The notes under the pieces: generated by a model
The model's input: the letters and a program-made list of their open reading frames with translations, nothing else
What the model was told of the DNA's origin: nothing
Databases searched by the model: none
Position numbers and translations under genes: made by a program
Origin: a virus
IMG/VR virus record: IMGVR_UViG_3300009176_000030
Coordinates: 6,379-70,378 of that record
Strand: one strand, 5' to 3'
DNA length: 64,000 nucleotides
Part shown: positions 9,629 to 17,646 of the stretch, in pieces
Layout: each line of letters begins with the position of its first letter
Numbering within the stretch: position 1 is the stretch's first letter

Positions 9629-10145
9629 GTTACGCGCCTCTCTTTCCGATCGTTTCTGGTCTCACGTCGAGAAAGGCGATGGCTGCTGGCTGTGGACCGG
9701 CACGACTGGAGGGTCAGGCAAGCAAGCCTACGGCAAGATTTCACGAGGGCGCCGCGGTGAGGGTCGCGTTCACGCGCACCGACTGTCTTGGGAGATTGCC
9801 TATGGAGCCGTCCCTGAAGGCATGTGGGTCCTACATCACTGTGATACCCCAAGATGTGTTCGACCCGACCACCTATTCCTTGGGACGCAAACCGATAACA
9901 TGGCCGATGCGCGATCCAAGGGCCGCTTTCCGACCGGCGAGCGACACTGGGGACACCGGCTTACCGAAGATGATGTCGCCCGGATAAGGGTGCTGCACAA
10001 ATCGGGCGCACTGCTGAAAGACATCGCCGCTCGGTTCGATGTATCGAGGGCCACGATTGGCGACATTATCAGCGGTCGAACGTGGTGTACCGACGCCAAG
10101 AACCGGCAGGCGTGCCGCGATTACGCGCTGTCATTCGATGCCTGA
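9609..10145 (+). CDS. HNH endonuclease with C-terminal HTH
   Basis: RFWSHV..GDGCWLWTG, AHRLSWE, LHHCDTPRCVRPDHL..GT..DN, IAARFDVSRATI. Confidence 0.9.
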   Translation: MSKLPAKLRASLSDRFWSHVEKGDGCWLWTGTTGGSGKQAYGKISRGRRGEGRVHAHRLSWEIAYGAVPEGMWVLHHCDTPRCVRPDHLFLGTQTDNMADARSKGRFPTGERHWGHRLTEDDVARIRVLHKSGALLKDIAARFDVSRATIGDIISGRTWCTDAKNRQACRDYALSFDA

Positions 10146-10359
10146 GATCGAGTTCGGCCGCATCGGGAAGATGACCGAGCCGGATGGTGATTTCACGTTC
10201 ATGGTCCTAAGTGAAGACCCCAATCTGAGTTTCTACGTGAACCCGGTCGCCAGCGTTCTCATCCTGAGTGGCGATGTTCTCTGGGAAGGTCGGCACATGC
10301 GCTTCGGGGATATCGGACCGGTCGCCGTCCGCCGCGGGGAGATTGAGTGGCTGGAATGA
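10138..10359 (+). CDS. small hypothetical protein, SH3-like motif
   Basis: IEFGRIG...FTFMVL. Confidence 0.55.
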   Translation: MPEIEFGRIGKMTEPDGDFTFMVLSEDPNLSFYVNPVASVLILSGDVLWEGRHMRFGDIGPVAVRRGEIEWLE

Positions 10360-10709
10360 ACTGGTCGATCCTGATCCCTGGCCCGATCCCATCGGTCAAC
10401 CACATCTACGGCTACCGGGAAGGCCGGGTCTACAAGAAGCCCGGCATCGAGGCGTTCCAGACCGTCGTCGTCCATCTGACGAAGCTCGCCAAACCCGCAG
10501 GCTGGGAACCTGCCCGCCAGATACGACTCTCGTACGCCTTCAACCTCAACCGCAAGGCCGACTGCGACAACCTGCTGAAGATGATGAACGACGCGATCGC
10601 GCTGGCGCTCGGCATCGACGACGATCGCTTCCTGCCGTGCGCGATCAGCAAGGTAACCGGCGTGAAGTTCCCGTTCGTCGAAGTCGTGGTGGAGAACGTC
10701 GATGAGTGA
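10356..10709 (+). CDS. rusA: RusA-like Holliday junction resolvase
   Basis: PSVN, DCDNLLK..NDA, IDDD catalytic pattern. Confidence 0.85.
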   Translation: MNWSILIPGPIPSVNHIYGYREGRVYKKPGIEAFQTVVVHLTKLAKPAGWEPARQIRLSYAFNLNRKADCDNLLKMMNDAIALALGIDDDRFLPCAISKVTGVKFPFVEVVVENVDE

Positions 10710-10929
10710 CCGTTGGGAATACGGGACGATCCTGCGTCGAACCGATCAGGCAATCCGCGAGGAGGCTACCCGTCCCGAGGAGATCGCCAAGGCCCGACTC
10801 ATGGTGATACACGACTTCGGGCTGGATGGCTTTCTCGGTATGGCCCTCAATGAGACTCGTTATCAGCGGCGTCTTGACATCAAGCCCAACTGGACGAAAA
10901 GCGGATGGATGCCGGTGGTTGATGAGTAG
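10702..10929 (+). CDS. small hypothetical protein, SH3-like motif
   Basis: WEYGTILRR...RLMVI. Confidence 0.55.
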   Translation: MSDRWEYGTILRRTDQAIREEATRPEEIAKARLMVIHDFGLDGFLGMALNETRYQRRLDIKPNWTKSGWMPVVDE

Positions 10930-11329
10930 GAAGGTCGCCGTGGTCGGCTCGACCTCGTTCGAGATCACCACGCCCATCGGCGCGCAGATCGTTGATCTCG
11001 TCCGGCATCTCGGCGATGTGTTGCTGCTGACCCGCGGCACGGGTGAGGTCGAGCACTTCATCGCGACCATCGCCCCGCTGCTCGACCTGCGCTGCTTCGC
11101 CTACCCGGCGCAAGGCGGCGCAGACAACTGGATACGCGACGTGGAACTGGTGCGTGACGCAGACGAGGTGATCGCCATCGTCAGCCGGGCAGACCTCGAA
11201 GCCAAGCGCGAGACGGGCACCTTGCATGTAGTCGAGAAGGCGCTCGACCAAGAGAAACCGGTTCGGATGTATACCGAAGTCGCAGGATCACTCGTGTATG
11301 CTGCCGCGAGTCAAGAGGAGGTCGGATGA
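10922..11329 (+). CDS. SLOG-superfamily (YspA/DprA-like) protein
   Basis: KVAVVGS, RD..LV.DADEVIA, GT.H.VE.A...KPV. Confidence 0.65.
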   Translation: MSRKVAVVGSTSFEITTPIGAQIVDLVRHLGDVLLLTRGTGEVEHFIATIAPLLDLRCFAYPAQGGADNWIRDVELVRDADEVIAIVSRADLEAKRETGTLHVVEKALDQEKPVRMYTEVAGSLVYAAASQEEVG

Positions 11330-11655
11330 AGCCCGAGGGAGTTCTTCTCGGTGAAACCTATTTCCCCACTGGCGTCGATCTTGCCAACGGCGATAGCGTG
11401 AGCATGACTGTTTCTTGGTCGTCTGACGGCACGGTCTCCATCGGCGGGATAGCAGTCGATACACCGTGGAAGTACGGAGACATCCTCCAGTTCGATAACA
11501 TCGATGACGTGGACTTTCTCTATCTCTGCCCAGCCGAAGACCCTGATGCCGTCGATCCGATCTGGGTGATGAGCCTGACCGAAGGCGGCGGTTGGTCGTT
11601 GGGCTCTATCGTTGTTCGCAACCGTCGAATCTTCCATCGCGTGGAGGCTGTGTGA
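11326..11655 (+). CDS. hypothetical protein, SH3-like motif
   Basis: Strong RBS GAGGAGG; WKYGDILQF...FLYL. Confidence 0.6.
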   Translation: MKPEGVLLGETYFPTGVDLANGDSVSMTVSWSSDGTVSIGGIAVDTPWKYGDILQFDNIDDVDFLYLCPAEDPDAVDPIWVMSLTEGGGWSLGSIVVRNRRIFHRVEAV

Positions 11656-12137
11656 CTCTAGCCGTCGAGATGCGCCGCCTGGAGAAGGAAAGCCGCTACA
11701 TGCTCGGCAGCCGCGGGCAGAACGATATCGAGTCTGAGGCACCGGAACGTATCCACTCGCGCGAGACGGATGCCGGGGGCAGTCCCGAGTGGCATCCGCG
11801 CTTCGAGCAATGGCTGGTCGATTCAGGCGTCTGTTTCTGCGAGCCGAACGAGAAGGGTCCGCATCACTACCCGTGCAATCTCGTCCGCGCGAAACTTCGC
11901 CAGCCGACGAACCACGGCCACCCCCGCCGATTGAAGCGCGCGTTCCGCCAGCTACGCGACATCGACCCGATCGCCTACGACATCGTGTGGCTCTTGGTCG
12001 GCAGGCACATGCCGTGGCTTGACGTGTGCGTCAAGATCAATGATGAGCGTGTCCGGCGCGGCCAGGAGCCCTTCGAGGACCACGAGATGTCTGTCTTCGC
12101 GATCAGTGGCGTCGCCCTGTTGAGCGCGGCGTTCTGA
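11652..12137 (+). CDS. putative transcriptional activator/antiterminator
   Basis: C-terminal IDPIAYDIVWLLVGRHMPWLDVC resembles sigma4-like helices of RinA/ArpU-type regulators; position after rusA. Confidence 0.35.
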   Translation: MTLAVEMRRLEKESRYMLGSRGQNDIESEAPERIHSRETDAGGSPEWHPRFEQWLVDSGVCFCEPNEKGPHHYPCNLVRAKLRQPTNHGHPRRLKRAFRQLRDIDPIAYDIVWLLVGRHMPWLDVCVKINDERVRRGQEPFEDHEMSVFAISGVALLSAAF

Positions 12138-12478
12138 TGTCCAAGGCGAAAATCATCGTGGGCGAGACAGGGAATGGCGGCGGCAGGCTCATCTCGCAAG
12201 AGGTCATCGATCGGATGGCCCGTGAAGTCGCCACGAAACTCTCGGTACCGCTCTATATAGGCCATCCAAGGACCCCAGCCAAGGGCATCGTCCACGAATG
12301 GAAGGACGAGTTGTATCCCTTCGGCACCGTCCTGCGGGAACGCGGCAGTAACCAGCGGGTCATGGTGATCGCTCGACGAGCCTATGCGCGATACGTCGAT
12401 GTCCTGTTCCTAGACGGACCAGTGACAACTGGGACGATCCCCGAGATGCACATCGGCAACTGGATCGAGGAGGCATGA
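12137..12478 (+). CDS. hypothetical protein, SH3-like motif
   Basis: YPFGTVLRERG..RVMVI. Confidence 0.6.
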   Translation: MSKAKIIVGETGNGGGRLISQEVIDRMAREVATKLSVPLYIGHPRTPAKGIVHEWKDELYPFGTVLRERGSNQRVMVIARRAYARYVDVLFLDGPVTTGTIPEMHIGNWIEEA

Positions 12479-12963
12479 AAATACCCCGACAGCCACGACC
12501 GGGGGGTGTCGTGACCATCGGGGCGACAGTGTTCCTGCTGATTGGATGCCGTCAGATAGCGGCGGCGCCCGTAGAGGCTCCGCAGACGGCGATAGCGGTG
12601 ATGGCGGCGCCAGCGCCCGTTCCGACGACTACGGCCGTTCTCGGGGCATCTGTGACGCTCTCAGGGGTCGCTACGTGGTATGACTGGCACACCGGAGAGG
12701 CTGCGGCGGGACCGCGGCTCCGTCAGGCGCTCGGCGTACATTGGCGAGGCCAATCTGTAACTGTGTGCGCCGGGAGTTGCATCCGCGTCAAGTTGACCGA
12801 TTGGTGCGCCTGTTCATCGGCGCGCCTGATCGATCTCGACGACCAATCGTTCGCTCGACTGGCGAAGTTGTCGGCTGGTGTCGTGAAGATCACGATCACA
12901 CTGGGCAAGCCTGTGCCGAAGCCTGCCCCGCTGCCGACCGGGCCGCCGACCGATACCGACTAG
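12475..12963 (+). CDS. RlpA-like double-psi beta-barrel exported/lipoprotein
   Basis: Hydrophobic N-terminus with LIGC; GVATWY, V.LTD.C, LIDL...SF..L...GVV. Confidence 0.75.
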   Translation: MKIPRQPRPGGVVTIGATVFLLIGCRQIAAAPVEAPQTAIAVMAAPAPVPTTTAVLGASVTLSGVATWYDWHTGEAAAGPRLRQALGVHWRGQSVTVCAGSCIRVKLTDWCACSSARLIDLDDQSFARLAKLSAGVVKITITLGKPVPKPAPLPTGPPTDTD

Positions 12964-13415
12964 GGCTTCTTGGCTGCCTTGGCTGCCTTGGCTGCCTTGG
13001 CTGCGACCATAGTGTCCTTCTCGACCTTCTCCTGGGCCACAAGACGATCGGCGAGGATTTGCTGAAGTTCGGTGATCCTCGCATCGCCGTCCTCGATCGC
13101 CTTCCGCGTCTCGGTGTCGTCGGGGTTCTTGCGCAGTGATGCGACGAGCAGACGAGTCGCGGTCAGTTCAGCCTGCCGCGCGGCCGTCATGTCGCTGTTG
13201 ACCAAGGTGTGGATTTGGTTGAGCGTCTGGGCGGTGGATGCCCGGTCGTCGGCAGCAGCAGCGGCGACCTGCTCGACCCGCGCGGCGACCTCGTCCTGCC
13301 TCGCCCAGTCCTCTTTCTTCTCGGCGCGTCGCTGGCGCCCCGTCAGGATGGAAAGGATGACCGGCGCGATGACCGACACGATCAGTGCGACGGCAATGGT
13401 CTCGTTACTATCCAT
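12960..13415 (-). CDS. N-terminal TM coiled-coil lysis accessory protein
   Basis: One TM helix then coiled coil; last gene of lysis block; AAK repeats at end. Confidence 0.6.
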   Translation of the reverse strand: MDSNETIAVALIVSVIAPVILSILTGRQRRAEKKEDWARQDEVAARVEQVAAAAADDRASTAQTLNQIHTLVNSDMTAARQAELTATRLLVASLRKNPDDTETRKAIEDGDARITELQQILADRLVAQEKVEKDTMVAAKAAKAAKAAKKP

Positions 13416-13593
13416 TCCTCACCTCTAAGAGAGAACCGCATTCCGGGCACTGCTTCGGAGGACGCTTGATTCCCTCTTGGTGAACGAGAAACCCGACGTA
13501 GTCTGCCCGGACAACCCAGCCGAGCCGTCGTTCAGACGTACGTACTACGCGATAGCGGGGATGGCAGTCGGGACAGCGCAGGACCGTTACCAC
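13408..13593 (-). CDS. small zinc-ribbon protein
   Basis: CPDC and CPEC; coupled. Confidence 0.5.
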   Translation of the reverse strand: MVTVLRCPDCHPRYRVVRTSERRLGWVVRADYVGFLVHQEGIKRPPKQCPECGSLLEVRNG

Positions 13594-13808
13594 TAGTGGT
13601 TTCCATTGATCCGCCGCCCGGCCATGTAGCCAACCAGGGCCGCGATGATGACACTGATGATGCGCCCGATGGCATCAACCGCGCGGACGATATCCTGCGT
13701 CGGGTTGGTCAGCGTGATGTAGAGGATCGTGAGCGAGGTCGCGATCACAACCGCCGCCACGACGAGGACGAGGATCAAGGCGACCAGGTCAGCCGTTTGG
13801 CGCGGCAA
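13593..13808 (-). CDS. holin-like 2-TM protein
   Basis: Two hydrophobic helices, basic C-terminus. Confidence 0.6.
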   Translation of the reverse strand: MPRQTADLVALILVLVVAAVVIATSLTILYITLTNPTQDIVRAVDAIGRIISVIIAALVGYMAGRRINGNH

Positions 13809-13826
13809 AGCCTGGTCGCCTTCTCA

Positions 13827-13985
13827 TCAGAGGATGTGCGCTGCTGCGAAGAAGGCCAGCCCGAGCGGCAGGAAGGCCACACCGAGTTTGCTGTCCACGC
13901 CGAACGCGGCGAGCACGAACAGGATGATCGCGATGACGGTGAGCAACAGGCTCACGCCAGCAGATCGGACTCGTTCCTGAACCAT
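13827..13985 (-). CDS. 52-aa 2-TM membrane protein (not in ORF track)
   Basis: RBS AGGAGGAG; MVQERVRSAGVSLLLTVIAIILFVLAAFGVDSKLGVAFLPLGLAFFAAAHIL. Confidence 0.65.
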   Translation of the reverse strand: MVQERVRSAGVSLLLTVIAIILFVLAAFGVDSKLGVAFLPLGLAFFAAAHIL

Positions 13986-13997
13986 GATCTCCTCCTT

Positions 13998-14315
13998 TTA
14001 CTTGACCGGCTTCGGCTCCTTCTGGCCCGCATTGGGCGGGATCGCCGTGACGTTGGTGTTCGCGACCTTGGTGACGTTGGGCTCACCCGCAGGGGTGGTC
14101 ACGTTGTAGGCATCCCCGACGTTCAGGGTGGGCGGCTGTCCGGCAACGAGGGCGATCAGGGCGCCGAGCAGCAGCCCGAGCGCACCGAGGACCGTCGCAA
14201 CCGACTGAGGCTCCACACCGGGCAGGAGGTGGAGCGACGTGATCGCGATCTGGGCGAAGCCCAGCGTTGCCGTGACGAGGCCGAGCCAGAGGTTGGTGGG
14301 TCGTCCAAGGATCAT
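13998..14315 (-). CDS. holin-like 2-TM protein
   Basis: RBS GAGGAGG; two TM helices directly after lysin. Confidence 0.65.
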   Translation of the reverse strand: MILGRPTNLWLGLVTATLGFAQIAITSLHLLPGVEPQSVATVLGALGLLLGALIALVAGQPPTLNVGDAYNVTTPAGEPNVTKVANTNVTAIPPNAGQKEPKPVK

Positions 14316-14331
14316 TCTGTTTCCCTCCTCA

Positions 14332-15060
14332 TCACTGATCGTGGAAGACGGTATTCATGTCGCTGACACGAATCCACTTGTTGATGTGGACGCCGCTCAG
14401 AATCTTCCGAAAGACGGTGGTCGTGATGACCGCCGACTTCGGCCCTGGCGCGTTCTTCTTGTTCTGCTCCGGTCCGACCCACGCCTTGAAGCGGTAGCCG
14501 TTGGCATACGGGATCGGCCGCAGGACACCGGCCGAATCCTGGAACCAGATGCGCGCGAGGCCGGTCGCATCGACCCAGCCCGTGGCGCCCGCTGGCTGCG
14601 CGCCGATCGAGGCCGGAGCCCCGGCGATCGGATCGACGTAGACCGACTCGTAGCAATCGACCCCGCCACCGCCGTAGCCCGACGTGCTGATGGCCTGGAA
14701 GAAGGCGTGCGGGTCGTCGGCGGCGATCGCCCCGCGGACCTCGGCGTAGCGCGGCAGTTTGTGGAGCAGCGTGCCGTAGGCGTCGGCGCCCATCTCCGGC
14801 GTCGCGAACGTCACGATCGGGTTGCTCGGCTGGGGGTTGGTTGAGAGGTCCGGCACGGTGTAGGCGTAGCCGATCGCCTTGGCCGCGTCCTCCGACAGGT
14901 TGCCGGGGTTGTTGCGGGCCGGTGGATAGGCATCGTTCGAGCCGATCTCGCAGCGCCACTGGGCCAAGATGGCGTTGATGATCTTCTGGCTCGTCGTGCC
15001 GAGAATGGCCGCGGCTCGCATCGCGAGCACGTTGTAGCGCGGATCGTCGAAGGCGCTCAT
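14332..15060 (-). CDS. endolysin, lysozyme/glucosaminidase-like
   Basis: ILAQW..E, NNPGNL, F.TPE.G.DAY, RY motifs; upstream of holins. Confidence 0.65.
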   Translation of the reverse strand: MSAFDDPRYNVLAMRAAAILGTTSQKIINAILAQWRCEIGSNDAYPPARNNPGNLSEDAAKAIGYAYTVPDLSTNPQPSNPIVTFATPEMGADAYGTLLHKLPRYAEVRGAIAADDPHAFFQAISTSGYGGGGVDCYESVYVDPIAGAPASIGAQPAGATGWVDATGLARIWFQDSAGVLRPIPYANGYRFKAWVGPEQNKKNAPGPKSAVITTTVFRKILSGVHINKWIRVSDMNTVFHDQ

Positions 15061-15212
15061 GTGCCATCTCCCGCTTCGCCGTCCTTCACGTCAGTCGGCA
15101 GGTCCGCCGCGGCGGCTTCGGGCTCCTCGACATGGGCGGCCAGGGCCGCCTTGGACTCATCGGGCAGCGGTCCGTCGATCACTGCGCCGTCCACGATCGG
15201 ATCGTCTGACAT
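15057..15212 (-). CDS. 51-aa acidic peptide (not in ORF track)
   Basis: MSDDPIVDGAVIDGPLPDE...; overlaps both neighbours; RBS GGAGG. Confidence 0.55.
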   Translation of the reverse strand: MSDDPIVDGAVIDGPLPDESKAALAAHVEEPEAAAADLPTDVKDGEAGDGT

Positions 15213-16069
15213 CAGTTACCTCCCTCTCCGGTTATCCCGGCTGCGCTGATCCAATAGACGCCGGTCTCGTCACCGTACCACCTGATCCGGCCGTCAACCT
15301 TGTCTCCGTTGACCCATTGATAGGCGATGAACGTCTGGCCGACCTTCAGGACCGGGTTGGTCTTGATCGGCGCGTACTTCAGGCCCGGCCCGCCGCGCAG
15401 TCGCCGGGCGATTTCGGACGAGCCCGGCTTGCCCTTCAGGTGATCGGGCGACGGGATGGTCCTGACCGCACCATATCGGAGTCGAACGTGCGGCTCGGTG
15501 TCGGGGAAGATGCCGCAGTAGACGCCGCTGATACCCATGCTTTTCAGTGTCCGCGGATCGTTCTCGCCCCACGGATGGAGGGCGTGCGCGAACGCCATCA
15601 CCTTGCTCCACGGCCACCACTCGGGGCCATCGCTCCATGGGTCATAGACGTAGGATCGATCGGGGTGACCGCCCGTGCCCCCACTGGTCTGATTGAGCCA
15701 GATGTTGTGATTGACATTGCCTTTGCCGATGGCCGAGCAGTTGCCTGCCAAATCTACGCCGCGCCCCGACTGGAGGCTCAGGGCGACCGTGGTCGGGCTG
15801 GCGACATTAGGCCCGGTGTGAACGAGGACCTGGACGCCGTGCAGCGCCGCGACGTGGGCGTTCTGCTCGATCGTCGTTCCGCCCGAGGTGTCCTTCGGCG
15901 TGATCTCGTTGCGGACCATGCAGCCCGTCAGGCGGACTTTGCCGAGCGTGCTCTTGTCGATGCCCATGGCAAACGACAGGCAGGTGCAGTTCTTCCACCC
16001 GAGCAATTCATGGTCGATGACGCACGCCCCCGCTGGCCCCTCCTTCTGGAACCTCGGTTGCTGGGTCAT
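15212..16069 (-). CDS. putative lysin: C39-like cysteine peptidase plus SH3b-like cell-wall-binding domain
   Basis: NCTCLSFAM (Cys), NHNI (His), VYDP (Asp); C-terminal LRGGPG.KY...GDKVDG..RWY. Confidence 0.65.
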   Translation of the reverse strand: MTQQPRFQKEGPAGACVIDHELLGWKNCTCLSFAMGIDKSTLGKVRLTGCMVRNEITPKDTSGGTTIEQNAHVAALHGVQVLVHTGPNVASPTTVALSLQSGRGVDLAGNCSAIGKGNVNHNIWLNQTSGGTGGHPDRSYVYDPWSDGPEWWPWSKVMAFAHALHPWGENDPRTLKSMGISGVYCGIFPDTEPHVRLRYGAVRTIPSPDHLKGKPGSSEIARRLRGGPGLKYAPIKTNPVLKVGQTFIAYQWVNGDKVDGRIRWYGDETGVYWISAAGITGEGGN

Positions 16070-16078
16070 AGCTCCCTC

Positions 16079-17632
16079 CTATGAACTGAGCGTGAGACAA
16101 CGGGCGATCAGCGCAGACGTGCTGGCTGGCGCGACCGTCATCGTGAACTCCCCGGCGACGTTGTCGGATTCGGTGTAATCGGTGCCCTTGATGAGCAGCA
16201 GGCCGCCACCCGAGCCGACGTAGACGATGTAGACATCAAGCGTGCCCGAGATGTACCCGAACGGCAGGCTGAACACCGTGGTCGAGTTGTCGGGCACAGG
16301 GCTCGGGGTGAACTGGCCCATCGCACCGTAGATGGTCGAGGTGCTGCTGTCGTTCACGGCTCCGGCCGCAGACGCACTGACGGCGCCCGCGGAACCACCC
16401 CTGCTCTGGTTGGCGAGGATGAACCGCCAGAGGGTGAACGGATCACCAAGTTGCAGGCCGAACGTGCCCTCGAACTGCACGACTCGGTCGCTCTCTCCGG
16501 CGCCGCCCTTGAAGGCGTCGGGGAACGACGTGCGCAGGCTGCGCAGGGGCAGGAGTTTGGTGACACCAAAGGTGTTCATCTCGATCGTGACGATATCACC
16601 CGCGATCAGGTGGTTCGGCACCCCTGACAACAGCGGAACGTCGGTGCTGAACCAGGTGAAGGTGAACTGCCACTGGCTGTACCGGAGCCCCTTCTGCTGA
16701 CCGTAGATATCCGCGCCGGGAGGACCGTTGACGATCACGTCCGAGCGCGCATCGACCTGATCCTGGATCGAATACTTCTTCTCGCCGAAGTGCGTCTCGG
16801 CCACCTGCCAGCGTCCGTAGGTTGACTCGCTGGTAGCGTCTTCCGTGCGTGAGAAGACCGTCCCACCGGAGGGTCCGGCAAATGGTGATCCGCCCCACAC
16901 CAGCGCGTCATTGACGATGAACGTGCCATCCTCCTGCCCTTCGACCTGCCGGAAGCCGTAGGTCGCGCCCTGGTAAGAGGCCGGGCTGGCGGTGATCGCG
17001 GTCTTGTTCGGTTGATCCGAGAAGCCCCAGCGCTTCTCTACGTCCTCGAACGCCTTGTAGATGAAGTTCTTGCTGCCGTCGATGTACCAGATCGCCCCGC
17101 CGAAGAACGAGATTTGCTCGAACTCGGTACGCAACTTCGCGCCCTGCTGGACTGAGTCCCCGGCGGTCGGCATGGTCACGATGTCCTCGATGCCGGTGGT
17201 CGTGAAGTCCGAGCAGTCGGTGAAGTTGTCCACGAGGTCGCGCAGGATGCCACCATCGGTCGTGTCGGTCACGGTGATCTGTGAGAGGTAGTCCGAGGTG
17301 TCGCGCCAGACCCGCTTGTCGAAGATGACGTTGTAGTCGGTGCCGCGCAGGGTCCACGTCCGCAACTGGTAGGCGGACAGGTTGTTGGTATCGGCGGCGG
17401 GCGCCATGTGGCCCATGCTGACCTGGGTGATGTAGCCACCGAACATCCTGACCCCATCGACGGTCAGGCTGATCTCCTTGCCGGTCGAGAACGACAGCGT
17501 CCGGTTCGGGTCGCGGAGCACGATCGAGAACGAGCCCGGCACACCGCCGAAGTTCTGCTCGAAGTTGCACTGCTGAAACATGCACGACGACGTGCGGTCG
17601 GTGCCGTCGATGACGATGGCGACAGTGGACAT
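16079..17632 (-). CDS. minor tail/baseplate protein (paralog of upstream tail protein)
   Basis: Tail-module position; WYID..KNF.Y, SDQPN, NDA.VWG shared with 17647-21735. Confidence 0.75.
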   Translation of the reverse strand: MSTVAIVIDGTDRTSSCMFQQCNFEQNFGGVPGSFSIVLRDPNRTLSFSTGKEISLTVDGVRMFGGYITQVSMGHMAPAADTNNLSAYQLRTWTLRGTDYNVIFDKRVWRDTSDYLSQITVTDTTDGGILRDLVDNFTDCSDFTTTGIEDIVTMPTAGDSVQQGAKLRTEFEQISFFGGAIWYIDGSKNFIYKAFEDVEKRWGFSDQPNKTAITASPASYQGATYGFRQVEGQEDGTFIVNDALVWGGSPFAGPSGGTVFSRTEDATSESTYGRWQVAETHFGEKKYSIQDQVDARSDVIVNGPPGADIYGQQKGLRYSQWQFTFTWFSTDVPLLSGVPNHLIAGDIVTIEMNTFGVTKLLPLRSLRTSFPDAFKGGAGESDRVVQFEGTFGLQLGDPFTLWRFILANQSRGGSAGAVSASAAGAVNDSSTSTIYGAMGQFTPSPVPDNSTTVFSLPFGYISGTLDVYIVYVGSGGGLLLIKGTDYTESDNVAGEFTMTVAPASTSALIARCLTLSS

Positions 17633-17646
17633 TCAGCCCCCTCCCA

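Noticed and set aside
12970-13004. Tandem TTGGCTGCC repeats
   Set aside because: Encodes an AAK low-complexity tail; no evidence of another role
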